From assembly GCA_963554165.1 (NCBI GenBank), contig CAUVQR010000002.1:124145-188144 (forward strand): 64,000 nt of DNA, given 5' to 3'. Source of the stretch: an uncultured Candidatus Saccharibacteria bacterium (GTDB lineage Bacteria > Patescibacteriota > Saccharimonadia > Saccharimonadales > Saccharimonadaceae). Shown here piece by piece: positions 45,239 through 54,018 of this stretch (within the stretch, counting starts at the first letter, position 1; each line of letters begins with the position of its first letter). The translations under genes and the position numbers were made by a program. Below the pieces are notes generated by a model. That model was not told where the DNA came from and made no database searches. It saw nothing but the letters and a program-made list of their open reading frames with translations.

Positions 45239-45573
45239 GATGATCTCCTGAGATCAGCAGAGGCCAAAGAGCTGCTTTCTGCTCTTTGAGACAAACCCCT
45301 ATGAGCTAAAAAGCTAATATATATATATCAATATATGAGAGCCGCGTCAAGCTATTTTGCTTATAATGCCATAAAATCAGCGTATTTTCTCATTTTGTAC
45401 GTATAAAATAGTAAGATATGTTCGCTATAGGCGCGTCTAAGTCAGAGCAAAATGCCCAGCAATCTCGCTTATTCTTATCCGCATCGTGCAACGTGGGGAA
45501 AACTGCTGACCCCTGATACTGGTTGAGCTTTTCCACAGATTTGTGGATAAGCGCCAGCACGGCGGGGAATGCC

Positions 45574-45640
45574 GTGGGTAAAAGGGGTTGCGTGTGGGTG
45601 AGAGTGGGTATTATACTGGGAGTAGTGGAAGAAAGTGGGT
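45574..45640 (+). promoter_or_regulatory. array of GTGGG (MraZ-box-like) direct repeats over the putative mraZ promoter
   Basis: GTGGGT at 45574, 45594, 45604 and 45635; CTGGGA at 45616; GTGGAA at 45624. The last five are phased at 9-12 nt, around TATTAT/TATACT (45609-45617). Confidence 0.5.
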
Positions 45641-45708
45641 AACCACGAGAAAAACAAACACCACTGCACAAAAACAAAATAATTCATCTGTAAGGATCGC
45701 CACACCCC

Positions 45709-46071
45709 ATGGATTACTTCGAACGCAAGCTGGATGACAAGCGTCGGCTCACCATACCGACGGAGCTTCGGGCGGAGTTCGCCAGCGGCGTGGTCCTGAC
45801 GCGCGGCTTTGGCAGCTACCTCCACCTGTATGCGCAGGATGTGTGGGATAGCCAGGTAGAGCCAGCGCTGACGGGCAGCATCCTTGATGAACATGTCGCC
45901 GACCTCAACGTCAAGTTCCGGCGCGGCAAGACGGCTGCCACCCTGGACCAGAAGCAGGGCAGGGTAACAGTAGAGCAGCATCTGCTGGATTATGCTGGGA
46001 TCTCGCGCGAGGTTGTGGCGGTACGCGCCGGCCAGTATTGGCGCTTGATGGCACCAGAGCAGGCCGAGTAG
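45709..46071 (+). CDS. mraZ: transcriptional regulator MraZ
   Basis: Two SpoVT/AbrB-like halves with LDDKRRLTIP and LDQKQGRVTV (DxxxR motifs). First gene of the dcw cluster. Confidence 0.85.
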   Translation: MDYFERKLDDKRRLTIPTELRAEFASGVVLTRGFGSYLHLYAQDVWDSQVEPALTGSILDEHVADLNVKFRRGKTAATLDQKQGRVTVEQHLLDYAGISREVVAVRAGQYWRLMAPEQAE

Positions 46072-46260
46072 CAAGGCTGTTTTTGTGACGCTCTTTAACA
46101 AGCACGTGTAACTGATATCCTCGAGATCGACCATCTGGTAGTGAGCCATGTGGGCACCCGACCCACGCAAAACCCTGTCGGGCGCACCTTCCTCACAAAC
46201 ACCTCCCAAAAACTCCACCTCACATAATTGCTGCGGCAATTATACACATAAGTCTCTCAA

Positions 46261-46570
46261 ACGATCTTTGACGGGCTCTCTCGGCCCGGTACAAGCAAAG
46301 ATCGTCAACAAAAACAAACACATTTTATGCGAAAACAAACAGGTTTCGCTACCAGATGGGTGATCTCGAGCCCGCATCGGACTATCTCGCAGTAGCCTGA
46401 GTGGGGCGTATCTTTATGGAAAAGCATAGCTATACCTATCGGTAGCATTGCTGTGCCATCCTCCTGCCGAGGGAGTGTGATAATCCGTTGCAATAACGGA
46501 TTATCAGCCCAGCGCAAGAGGTCAACATCTGGGAGATGTTGACCCTTATAGCGATCCCGAGTGCAGGAGG
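46261..46570 (+). other. cluster of strong perfect hairpins in the mraZ-rsmH spacer (candidate structured RNA)
   Basis: 10+5-bp hairpin at 46261-46305. 12-bp hairpin at 46478-46506. 10-bp hairpin at 46520-46544. The last two are enclosed by the 8-bp helix CCTCCTGC (46460-46467) / GCAGGAGG (46563-46570). Confidence 0.4.
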
Positions 46571-46697
46571 TGGTGAGGCAAGGCGTGAGACGGCGTATAG
46601 TAGCTTAAGCTTAGTATCGGTTTCTCTGTTGTTCTTTGGCTAAATAGGCCATGATCAGTAGGGGAGGAAAGCAATATTATGCTACCATAAGAAACGT

Positions 46698-47588
46698 ATG
46701 AGTATCAAAGCACATCCACCACTTCATGTTCCAGTATTGCTGGAGGCAGTGTTAGCCCAGCTCCAGCCACGCCCAGGTGAGCGCTATCTCGACCTGACGG
46801 CGGGGTATGGCGGCCATGCCACAGCGGTTCTCGAGCAGACCCAGACGTATACCACGGCGTGTTTGGTCGATCGCGACCAGTATGCTTTGTCGCAGCTTGG
46901 TAGCTTGGCAGGGCAGGGCGCACGGCTGATGCATTGTGATTTTTTGCATGCAGCACAGCAGTTGGTTCGCGAGGGTGAGCAATTTGATTTATTGCTACTG
47001 GATTTGGGGGTGTCGTCACCGCAGCTCGATCGAGCTGATCGAGGGTTTTCCTTTACACACACTGGTCCGCTTGATATGCGGATGGATCAACGCCAGGCGA
47101 TGACTGCCGAGCAGATTGTCAACCACATGACAGAGGCAGAGCTCGCCCGATTGATCATCCGCTACGGCGAAGAACCGCCAGCGATAGCACGGCGCTATGC
47201 TGCTGCTATTTGCGCGGCACGGCCACTGTCGAGTACTGGAGAACTCGCGCGCGTCATCGAGCACGCTACCCGTGGCAAACGGGGCAAAACCCATCCAGCC
47301 ACGCGTACCTTTCAGGCAGTCCGCATCGCCGTCAATGATGAATTGACGCAGGTAGAGCAGACGCTCCAGCTGGTGCCAGCCTTGCTACGCACTGGTGGAC
47401 GTGTGGGAGTGATTAGCTTCCATAGCCTCGAGGATCGGCTCGTCAAGCGCTTCTTCGCGGAGCAGCGCCAGGCAGGCTACGAGGCCGAGCTCCACATCCT
47501 CACCAAGAAGCCAATCGCGGGCAGCCATGACGATGCTTACAATCCGCGTGCCCGCAGCGCTAAGCTGCGAGCCGCCGCAAAAATATAA
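46698..47588 (+). CDS. rsmH: 16S rRNA (cytosine1402-N4)-methyltransferase
   Basis: HVPVLL.E.....P..G..YLD.T.G.GGH...; LLDLGVSS.QLD...RGFSF; ISFHSLEDR.VK. Confidence 0.95.
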   Translation: MSIKAHPPLHVPVLLEAVLAQLQPRPGERYLDLTAGYGGHATAVLEQTQTYTTACLVDRDQYALSQLGSLAGQGARLMHCDFLHAAQQLVREGEQFDLLLLDLGVSSPQLDRADRGFSFTHTGPLDMRMDQRQAMTAEQIVNHMTEAELARLIIRYGEEPPAIARRYAAAICAARPLSSTGELARVIEHATRGKRGKTHPATRTFQAVRIAVNDELTQVEQTLQLVPALLRTGGRVGVISFHSLEDRLVKRFFAEQRQAGYEAELHILTKKPIAGSHDDAYNPRARSAKLRAAAKI

Positions 47589-47772
47589 AAAACAAAAAAA
47601 GGAGTAGGGACATGCCAGTTCGTATCCCCGTACAAAATCAATCAATCACGACAACCGTATTGGTCCGCCACGGCAAATAGCCCTTGGCTCAAGACCTCGC
47701 GCTGGGGCGGCGCGTTATCCGCCCCACCCTAGAAACGACCCCATACCAACGTTAAACACAAACACCACCACA

Positions 47773-48126
47773 ATGACAACCTACACACGGACAATGCAAT
47801 TTAATAGTCGACGCCAGAGCACCTGGAAGCGCAACCGCAACACCGTTGCTTTTGCTTCGGCTATCAAACTTGGGCCAATCACCCACACAGTGCTGATTGC
47901 CCTCCTTATCACCATCCTTGGTTTGATATATCTAGCGCAGGCGACACACACAGTCAGCTATGGCTACGAGGCCAGCAAGATTGACGACAAAATCTCCTCT
48001 CTCAGCGAACAAAAGAAGGACCTGGAGGTCGATAACGCTCGTCTGACCGCCCTTAAGGAAGTGCAGGGTAGTAGTGTGGCCAAAACGATGACAACACCAG
48101 CCAATACAGCGTACGCCAGCGAGTAG
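47773..48126 (+). CDS. ftsL: FtsL-like cell-division protein
   Basis: Single TM helix followed by a coiled-coil stretch. The position between rsmH and ftsI is conserved. Confidence 0.6.
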   Translation: MTTYTRTMQFNSRRQSTWKRNRNTVAFASAIKLGPITHTVLIALLITILGLIYLAQATHTVSYGYEASKIDDKISSLSEQKKDLEVDNARLTALKEVQGSSVAKTMTTPANTAYASE

Positions 48127-48129
48127 CCC

Positions 48130-49884
48130 ATGCTGCAGCGCCATCTTGCTACGCCACGCGCTCAGGCGCTCGCCGCTGTGCTCGGCGGGCTACTTGTGGT
48201 GTTTGTGTTGCGCCTAGGGTATGTGCAGGTGCTGCAGCATGATTACTATGTATCGCAGGCTGATAGCGAGCAAGTCAAGCAATTTCGTCTGCGTGCCCAG
48301 CGCGGTGAGATATACACCATGGATGGTACTACTCCCGCCAAACTTGTCATGAATGAGACTGTCTATACCGTGTGGGCCGACCCGATGGCCGTGACAGATG
48401 TAGATAAGATCGTGACGGTCCTCAACCAGGTGGCTGGTGGTAATGTGCGTGAGAATTTTCGCCAATACATCACGCGTAAGCCAAGCCGCTACCAAGTGCT
48501 TGCCACCAAAGTGAGCCGTAAGCAGGCTGAACTTATCAAGAAGGAGAATCTCGCTGGGGTGGGCTTTGATGCGATGAGCCAGCGCGTCTACCCAGAAGGG
48601 CAGTTGGCCAGCCAAGTGCTGGGCTTTGTCGATGCTGAGGGTAAGGGAAAGTACGGCTTCGAACAGGCCAATGATGATAAGCTGCGCGGCACGGATGGGG
48701 TGCTTAAGACAGTGACAGACATCCGCTCAGTACCGCTAACCATTGGCCGGACGAATATCAACCAGCCTGCTAAAAATGGGACCAATATGGTACTGACGAT
48801 CGATCGCAACATCCAGACGAGGGTCGAGCAAGCGCTTGTCGATGGGGCTAAGCGCAGTGGCGCTACCGATGTCAGTGCCGTCGTGATGAACCCGCAGAAT
48901 GGCCAGGTCTTAGCCATGGCCAACCTCCCCACCTATGACCCGTCTAACCTGAAGACGATTAAAAGCGTCGCCGCGCTCAACAACAACACCATCACCACGC
49001 CATACGAACCGGGCTCCGACATCAAGACATTCACAGTGGCGACAGGTATCGACAAAGGGGTTATCACGCCGCAAACGACGTACAATAATACCGATAGCAT
49101 CAAGGTAGACGACATCACCATTGGTAATGCCAGTAAAGGACAGACGGGCAACATTACCATGCAGCACGCCCTCAATTGGTCGCTCAACACTGGTATGGTC
49201 ACCGTTGCACAGCGCTTGGGCAATGGCAGCTACATCACTCGCCAGGCGCGCGACACAATGTATGACTACTTCCATAAGCGCTTTCGCCTTGGGCAGCTGA
49301 CGGGGGTAGAACTCGCTGGTGAGGCTAAGGGTAATATCGTATCGCCCACCCAGCAGCAGGGCAATGCAGTGCGCTACTCTAACATGTCCTTTGGCCAGGG
49401 GATGGATGCGACGATGCTGCAGGTCTCGGCTGGCTTTAGTGCGATTATCAATGGTGGGACGTACTACAGCCCCACCATCATCGCAGGGACGATTGACGAC
49501 AACGGCACCTTTGCCAAGGCTGCGCGCAAAGCTTCGTATGCTCATGTTATCAAGCCGCAGTCATCTACCACTGTGCGCGAAATGGTACACCAAGCGCGCC
49601 AGGCCTTTTATGCGGGTGGCGATCGTGCGGGGTTCTACATTGGCGGCAAGACGGGTACATCGCAAACCATCAAGGACGGCAAGTATATTTCTAACCAAAC
49701 CATCGGCACCTACCTCGGTTTTGGTGGGGAGGTTGGCAAAACACCAGCGTATGTTATTATGGTGGAGGTTTCGGGCAAAGGGCTGAATATGCAGGGGGGT
49801 CAAGACGCTCACCCGATTTTCACGGATATATCTAATTGGTTGCTCGACTATATGAAGCTCGAGCCGAAAGGAAACACACCATAA
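48130..49884 (+). CDS. ftsI: penicillin-binding protein 2B/3-type D,D-transpeptidase
   Basis: N-terminal anchor, PBP dimerisation region, transpeptidase motifs (SxxK region EPGSDIKTF, SxN, KTGT as GGKTGTSQ). Confidence 0.9.
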   Translation: MLQRHLATPRAQALAAVLGGLLVVFVLRLGYVQVLQHDYYVSQADSEQVKQFRLRAQRGEIYTMDGTTPAKLVMNETVYTVWADPMAVTDVDKIVTVLNQVAGGNVRENFRQYITRKPSRYQVLATKVSRKQAELIKKENLAGVGFDAMSQRVYPEGQLASQVLGFVDAEGKGKYGFEQANDDKLRGTDGVLKTVTDIRSVPLTIGRTNINQPAKNGTNMVLTIDRNIQTRVEQALVDGAKRSGATDVSAVVMNPQNGQVLAMANLPTYDPSNLKTIKSVAALNNNTITTPYEPGSDIKTFTVATGIDKGVITPQTTYNNTDSIKVDDITIGNASKGQTGNITMQHALNWSLNTGMVTVAQRLGNGSYITRQARDTMYDYFHKRFRLGQLTGVELAGEAKGNIVSPTQQQGNAVRYSNMSFGQGMDATMLQVSAGFSAIINGGTYYSPTIIAGTIDDNGTFAKAARKASYAHVIKPQSSTTVREMVHQARQAFYAGGDRAGFYIGGKTGTSQTIKDGKYISNQTIGTYLGFGGEVGKTPAYVIMVEVSGKGLNMQGGQDAHPIFTDISNWLLDYMKLEPKGNTP

Positions 49885-50912
49885 TGAACCTCACCACACT
49901 CGTTCGCGAGCTCAACGCGACATTTCTTCTCAGCGTCGCGGCCTTTTTGCTGGCGATGGCCCTCACGCCGCTCTATACCTACTTTGCGTATCGGTATAAG
50001 TTCTGGAAAAAACAGCGAGCCGCGAGCACAACGGGCGAGGAATTGACGGTCTTTACTAAGCTGCATGCCGATAAATTCACGCGCGATATCCCCACTATGG
50101 CAGGGATGGTTGGCATTGTGGCCATTGCTGTGGTAACGCTGGGGTTTAATCTCGACCGAGCCCAGACCTGGCTCCCACTGGCGGCATTGCTTGGTGGTGG
50201 GGCAGTGGGGCTGCTGGACGATGTGATCAATATCAATAGTGATGGCTCGGGCTCGGCAGGCTTGCGCGCCTGGCTGAAGTTCTCAATGATCGCGGTGATG
50301 GCGGCGGTACTGGCCTGGTTCTTTTACGTTAAGCTGGGTTATACAACAGTGCACGTGCCGTACGTTGGCGACTGGCAGCTCGGCCCATGGATTGTCCCGC
50401 TCTTTATCTTTGCGGTGGTGGCAACTGGCAATGCGGTGAATATTAGCGATGGCCTGGATGGTCTGGCTGGTGGACTGCTGGCGGTGAGCTATTGCATCTT
50501 CGGGGTGATTGCCTTACTACAGGGGCATTTGCAACTGGCGGGCTTTTGCTTCACTGTAGTGGGAGTGCTGCTGAGCTACCTGTGGTTTAATATCTATCCA
50601 GCCCGGTTCTTTATGGGTGACGTGGGGAGCTTTGCCTTTGGGACGAGCCTAGGCGTCGTGGCGATGCTGACGAATACGCTGTTTTTGCTGCCGGTCATTG
50701 GTGTGCTGTTTGTGGTAGAGGCGGGCTCGAGCCTTATTCAAATCCTCAGTAAGAAGTTCTTTCACCGCAAGGTGTTTATCTCGGCACCAATTCACCAGCA
50801 CTTCCAAGCAGTCGGTTGGCCAGAGGTGAAGGTAACGATGCGTTTCTGGGTGATCTCTTGCGTGACAGGCTTTATTGGCCTGATGATGGCGCTGGGTGGG
50901 GGGCACATCTAG
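49884..50912 (+). CDS. mraY: phospho-N-acetylmuramoyl-pentapeptide transferase
   Basis: PTMAG, NAVNISDGLDGLA, MGDVGS, HH.F motifs. TAATG overlap with ftsI. Confidence 0.95.
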   Translation: MNLTTLVRELNATFLLSVAAFLLAMALTPLYTYFAYRYKFWKKQRAASTTGEELTVFTKLHADKFTRDIPTMAGMVGIVAIAVVTLGFNLDRAQTWLPLAALLGGGAVGLLDDVININSDGSGSAGLRAWLKFSMIAVMAAVLAWFFYVKLGYTTVHVPYVGDWQLGPWIVPLFIFAVVATGNAVNISDGLDGLAGGLLAVSYCIFGVIALLQGHLQLAGFCFTVVGVLLSYLWFNIYPARFFMGDVGSFAFGTSLGVVAMLTNTLFLLPVIGVLFVVEAGSSLIQILSKKFFHRKVFISAPIHQHFQAVGWPEVKVTMRFWVISCVTGFIGLMMALGGGHI

Positions 50913-50913
50913 A

Positions 50914-52272
50914 ATGGTTGCTGCTCGCCGCACTCGTGCTGCGCACCGATCGGCTTCGGCTCGGTCGGCTCAGCCAGTGCGCCGCGAGCAACGGAGTGCT
51001 ACCTCCGCTCCATCTGTCGCTGTGCCGCGTTTGCACCGGCCTGACTATCAGATTATCCTCTGGGTGGGGCTGCTCATGCTGCTGGGTTTGGTGGTAATGT
51101 ATGCCATTGGCCCGCAGCGTGCCAATGTGCTCAACTCTGCACACAACACCAACTACTACACCGATGGCTATTTCGCCATTAAGCAGACGGTGAGCTTGCT
51201 CCTGTCAATTAGCGCTTTTGTGGGGTTGTCGCTCGTACCATTTGCGTGGCTGCGCCAGAAGGCGGGTACGCTGCTAGCGAGCGGTTTTGTGCTGTGTGCG
51301 CTGTTGTTTGTCCTTGGTAATATGCTGCATGTCTCGGCGATTGCTCAGTGCAGCCTTGGGGCGTGTCGCTGGTTCTCGCTGGGGCCACTAGGGAGCTTCC
51401 AGCCAGCCGAGATGCTGAAGTTTGGCATGCTTATCTATATGGCGCTCTTCCTCGGCACACGGGCGCGCCAGGGGGTGATAAACGACCTCCATCAAACGAT
51501 CATCCCCATGGTAATTATGATGTGCGCAGCGCTTTTCTTCGTGATATTTTTGCAAAAGGATATGGGCACGGGCCTGGCGCTCACTGCCATGGTAGCATGC
51601 ATGGTAGTGATGAGTGGTATGAGCTGGCGCTGGCTGGCTTACTTAGCAGCGGGCTGCGTGGCGTTGGTGCTACTGCTCATCGTCATTGCGCCGCACCGCA
51701 TGGAGCGGGTGGCGACCTTCTTCCAGGGGGATGATCACGCCACTAGTAGCAATGATGATGGCTACCACATCAAGAATGCCAAGATTGCGCTGGGTACAGG
51801 CGGGCTATTTGGCCTGGGTATTGGTAACAGTATCCAAGCGACCGGCTATCTCCCTGAGGCGATTAACGATTCAGTCTTTGCTATTATTGGTGAAACGTTT
51901 GGCTTTGTGGGGGCGGTGGTCGTGCTGGCATTGTTTGCAGCGCTGCTACTGCGCCTGCTGAGGATTGCCGAGCGTTTGCCTGATACAACAATGCGCCTGG
52001 TGGTAGCTGGAGTCTTTGGCTGGCTGGGCGCACATGTTATGCTAAATGTAGCGTCGATGATTGGAGTCTTCCCACTGACGGGTATTACGCTGCCATTGCT
52101 GAGCTTTGGTGGCACCAGTATGGTATTTATTGCTGGTGCGCTTGGTCTGGCCTTCCAATTATCACGCCAGGCAGCTTACCAACCAATCAACGAAAAGGAG
52201 ACCTCTCATGAAGCTACTGGCAGTCGGCGGTGGATCGGGCGGGCACGTTACGCCGGTCGTCGCCGTCATTAA
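50914..52272 (+). CDS. ftsW: SEDS-family protein FtsW/RodA with basic N-terminal tail
   Basis: Ten TM helices. QP.E..K and ...DFVFA-like (NDSVFAIIGETFGF) motifs. ATG lies 2 nt after the mraY stop. Confidence 0.9.
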   Translation: MVAARRTRAAHRSASARSAQPVRREQRSATSAPSVAVPRLHRPDYQIILWVGLLMLLGLVVMYAIGPQRANVLNSAHNTNYYTDGYFAIKQTVSLLLSISAFVGLSLVPFAWLRQKAGTLLASGFVLCALLFVLGNMLHVSAIAQCSLGACRWFSLGPLGSFQPAEMLKFGMLIYMALFLGTRARQGVINDLHQTIIPMVIMMCAALFFVIFLQKDMGTGLALTAMVACMVVMSGMSWRWLAYLAAGCVALVLLLIVIAPHRMERVATFFQGDDHATSSNDDGYHIKNAKIALGTGGLFGLGIGNSIQATGYLPEAINDSVFAIIGETFGFVGAVVVLALFAALLLRLLRIAERLPDTTMRLVVAGVFGWLGAHVMLNVASMIGVFPLTGITLPLLSFGGTSMVFIAGALGLAFQLSRQAAYQPINEKETSHEATGSRRWIGRARYAGRRRH

Positions 52273-53365
52273 TGAAATCGCAGCCCTCCAGCCCGATGTG
52301 CAGGTGACCTTCGTCTGCGATAAGGCCTTCGCTAGCCAATCGCGTGGGCTCATGCAGCATGCTGCAGTGCCAGTGCGAGTGCGGACAATCGCTGCGGGCA
52401 AGTTCCGGCGCTATCAGCACCTCAGCGTGGTGCGCCAGTTGCTTATGCCAAGTATCGTCCTGGCTAATATACTAGATATCTTTAAGATCCTGGCTGGCGT
52501 ATGTCAGAGTCTCTGGCTGGTGCTGCACTGGCGGCCAGACGTGATCTTTGCCAAGGGGGGGTTTGTGTGCCTGCCGGTTGGTATTGCGGCGCGCTGCCTG
52601 CGCGTGCCAGTGGTCATCCACGACTCCGATGCTCGCCCTGGCCTGACTAACCGTGTGATGGCGCGCTGGGCAGCAGCGATTGCTACAGGCTGGCCCCTCA
52701 AGCATTATCACTATCCTGCATCGCGTAGCCGCTATGTGGGGGTGCCGATTGGTGCTGATTTTCACCCGCTCACTCCGGCTCAGCGGCAGCAGGCACGGCA
52801 GACCTTCTCGCTTGATCCACATAAGCCATTAGTTGTCGCTACTGGTGGCGGTCTTGGCTCGGCTATTATCAATCACGCGGTGCTGCGCGCTGCCGATGAG
52901 CTACTGGCTGCCGGTATGCAGGTTTATCTGGTGGCAGGCAAAGGCAATTACGATGCCGCCCAGGCTAAAGCGCCGCAGCACCCCGATTTTCACTGTGTGC
53001 CCTTCGTTTTCGAGCATATGGCGCAATTGCTCGGTGCAGCCGATGTCGTAGTATCACGCGCTAGTGCCACCTTCACACAAGAGCTTGCTGGCCTCGCGCA
53101 GGCAGCTATCTTGGTGCCGGCCCATCACCTGGGCGACCAATGCAAAAATGCCGCCATCTATGCTGAGACTAAGGCTGCTCTGGTCTTGCAAGACGACGCC
53201 TTAGAGCAGAGCGATGCCCTTAGCCAGGCCATTCTTACCCTCGTGCGCGACCCTGCGCAGCGTCAGCAGCTCGCTCAGCGCCTCCATACCTATGCACGCC
53301 CCCACGCCGCCCGCGATGTAGCGCAAATGGTGGTGAAGGTGGCTCAGCGTACTAGAAAAGGATAA
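52208..53365 (+). CDS. murG: UDP-N-acetylglucosamine--LPS N-acetylglucosamine transferase MurG
   Basis: LAVGGGSGGHVTP. C-terminal ...SRASATFTQELA... SD AAGGAG. Overlaps the ftsW tail by 65 nt. Confidence 0.9.
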   Translation: MKLLAVGGGSGGHVTPVVAVINEIAALQPDVQVTFVCDKAFASQSRGLMQHAAVPVRVRTIAAGKFRRYQHLSVVRQLLMPSIVLANILDIFKILAGVCQSLWLVLHWRPDVIFAKGGFVCLPVGIAARCLRVPVVIHDSDARPGLTNRVMARWAAAIATGWPLKHYHYPASRSRYVGVPIGADFHPLTPAQRQQARQTFSLDPHKPLVVATGGGLGSAIINHAVLRAADELLAAGMQVYLVAGKGNYDAAQAKAPQHPDFHCVPFVFEHMAQLLGAADVVVSRASATFTQELAGLAQAAILVPAHHLGDQCKNAAIYAETKAALVLQDDALEQSDALSQAILTLVRDPAQRQQLAQRLHTYARPHAARDVAQMVVKVAQRTRKG

Positions 53366-53532
53366 AAGTGACCCGGCTCTTCTTATAAAAAAGGGGAAGA
53401 GTAAGAGTGTATCTAAGGTGTCTCATCATAAAGCACTAGTAAATAATGTAGCATGTTAATCCATGCTACATTATTTTCATTAAAAACACTGTGCCAAGAT
53501 GAGGCAAGCCTGACCCGTAGCAGTAAAAGCTA

Positions 53533-53811
53533 TTAACTCCCAAACTCAAATGGCCGATAGTGTGCATCGATTTCCTGCCGCTCTTTAGAGGGGGGCAGCT
53601 CGCTGATTGTAATGAGAGTGTCATAAAATTGGTGTAGTATCTCGCCAGACCGCTTGAAAGAGATTGGCATAGCGACAGTATTCCAGAGGTCTTCACACTC
53701 TTGTCGAAAGGCCCCATGAAACACTTCAGTACCAAGTGCTGCGATCAGACGAATCTCGTCTCTTGTGAACTCTATTGTTGCTCCTTCTTTTGTTGCATGG
53801 ACTGTCTTCAT
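53533..53811 (-). CDS. hypothetical small protein on the opposite strand inside the dcw cluster
   Basis: ATG 53811 after GGAGA. Lower-GC patch. No domain recognised. Confidence 0.4.
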   Translation of the reverse strand: MKTVHATKEGATIEFTRDEIRLIAALGTEVFHGAFRQECEDLWNTVAMPISFKRSGEILHQFYDTLITISELPPSKERQEIDAHYRPFEFGS

Positions 53812-54018
53812 ATGTCGATTTCTCCGCTTAACTATACAACTGTAGTGCTCCCAGTATGGAGTGGGGAGCAAGAAATGTCAAATTATATTGCAGGGAAGGT
53901 GTTAATCAGGCAATTACCTAGTGCTGAAGGGGAGGGGGTAGTACCAAGAAGACGTCGTTTAATACCCAGATGCTTTTGCCAACAACTAGTCATCTACGGT
54001 ATAATGACCTGTAGCATC

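Noticed and set aside
45542-45550. Perfect DnaA-box 9-mers (TGTGGATAA here, TTATCCACA at 20624-20632) as an origin signal
   Set aside because: These are two isolated boxes 25 kb apart. There is no cluster, no adjacent AT-rich unwinding element, and no dnaA/dnaN. This is consistent with chance.
45475-46239. 254-aa minus-strand ORF covering mraZ
   Set aside because: It is antisense to a clearly recognisable mraZ, has no SD or motifs, and runs through the GTGGG-box promoter region. It is a shadow ORF.
53701-54018. N-terminal 106 codons of the 414-aa ORF assigned to ftsQ
   Set aside because: It crosses the lower-GC insert and overlaps the minus-strand small ORF. It is Cys-rich nonsense-like sequence and contains the TATAAT box at 54000-54005. 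The basic FtsQ N-terminus begins at ATG 54019.
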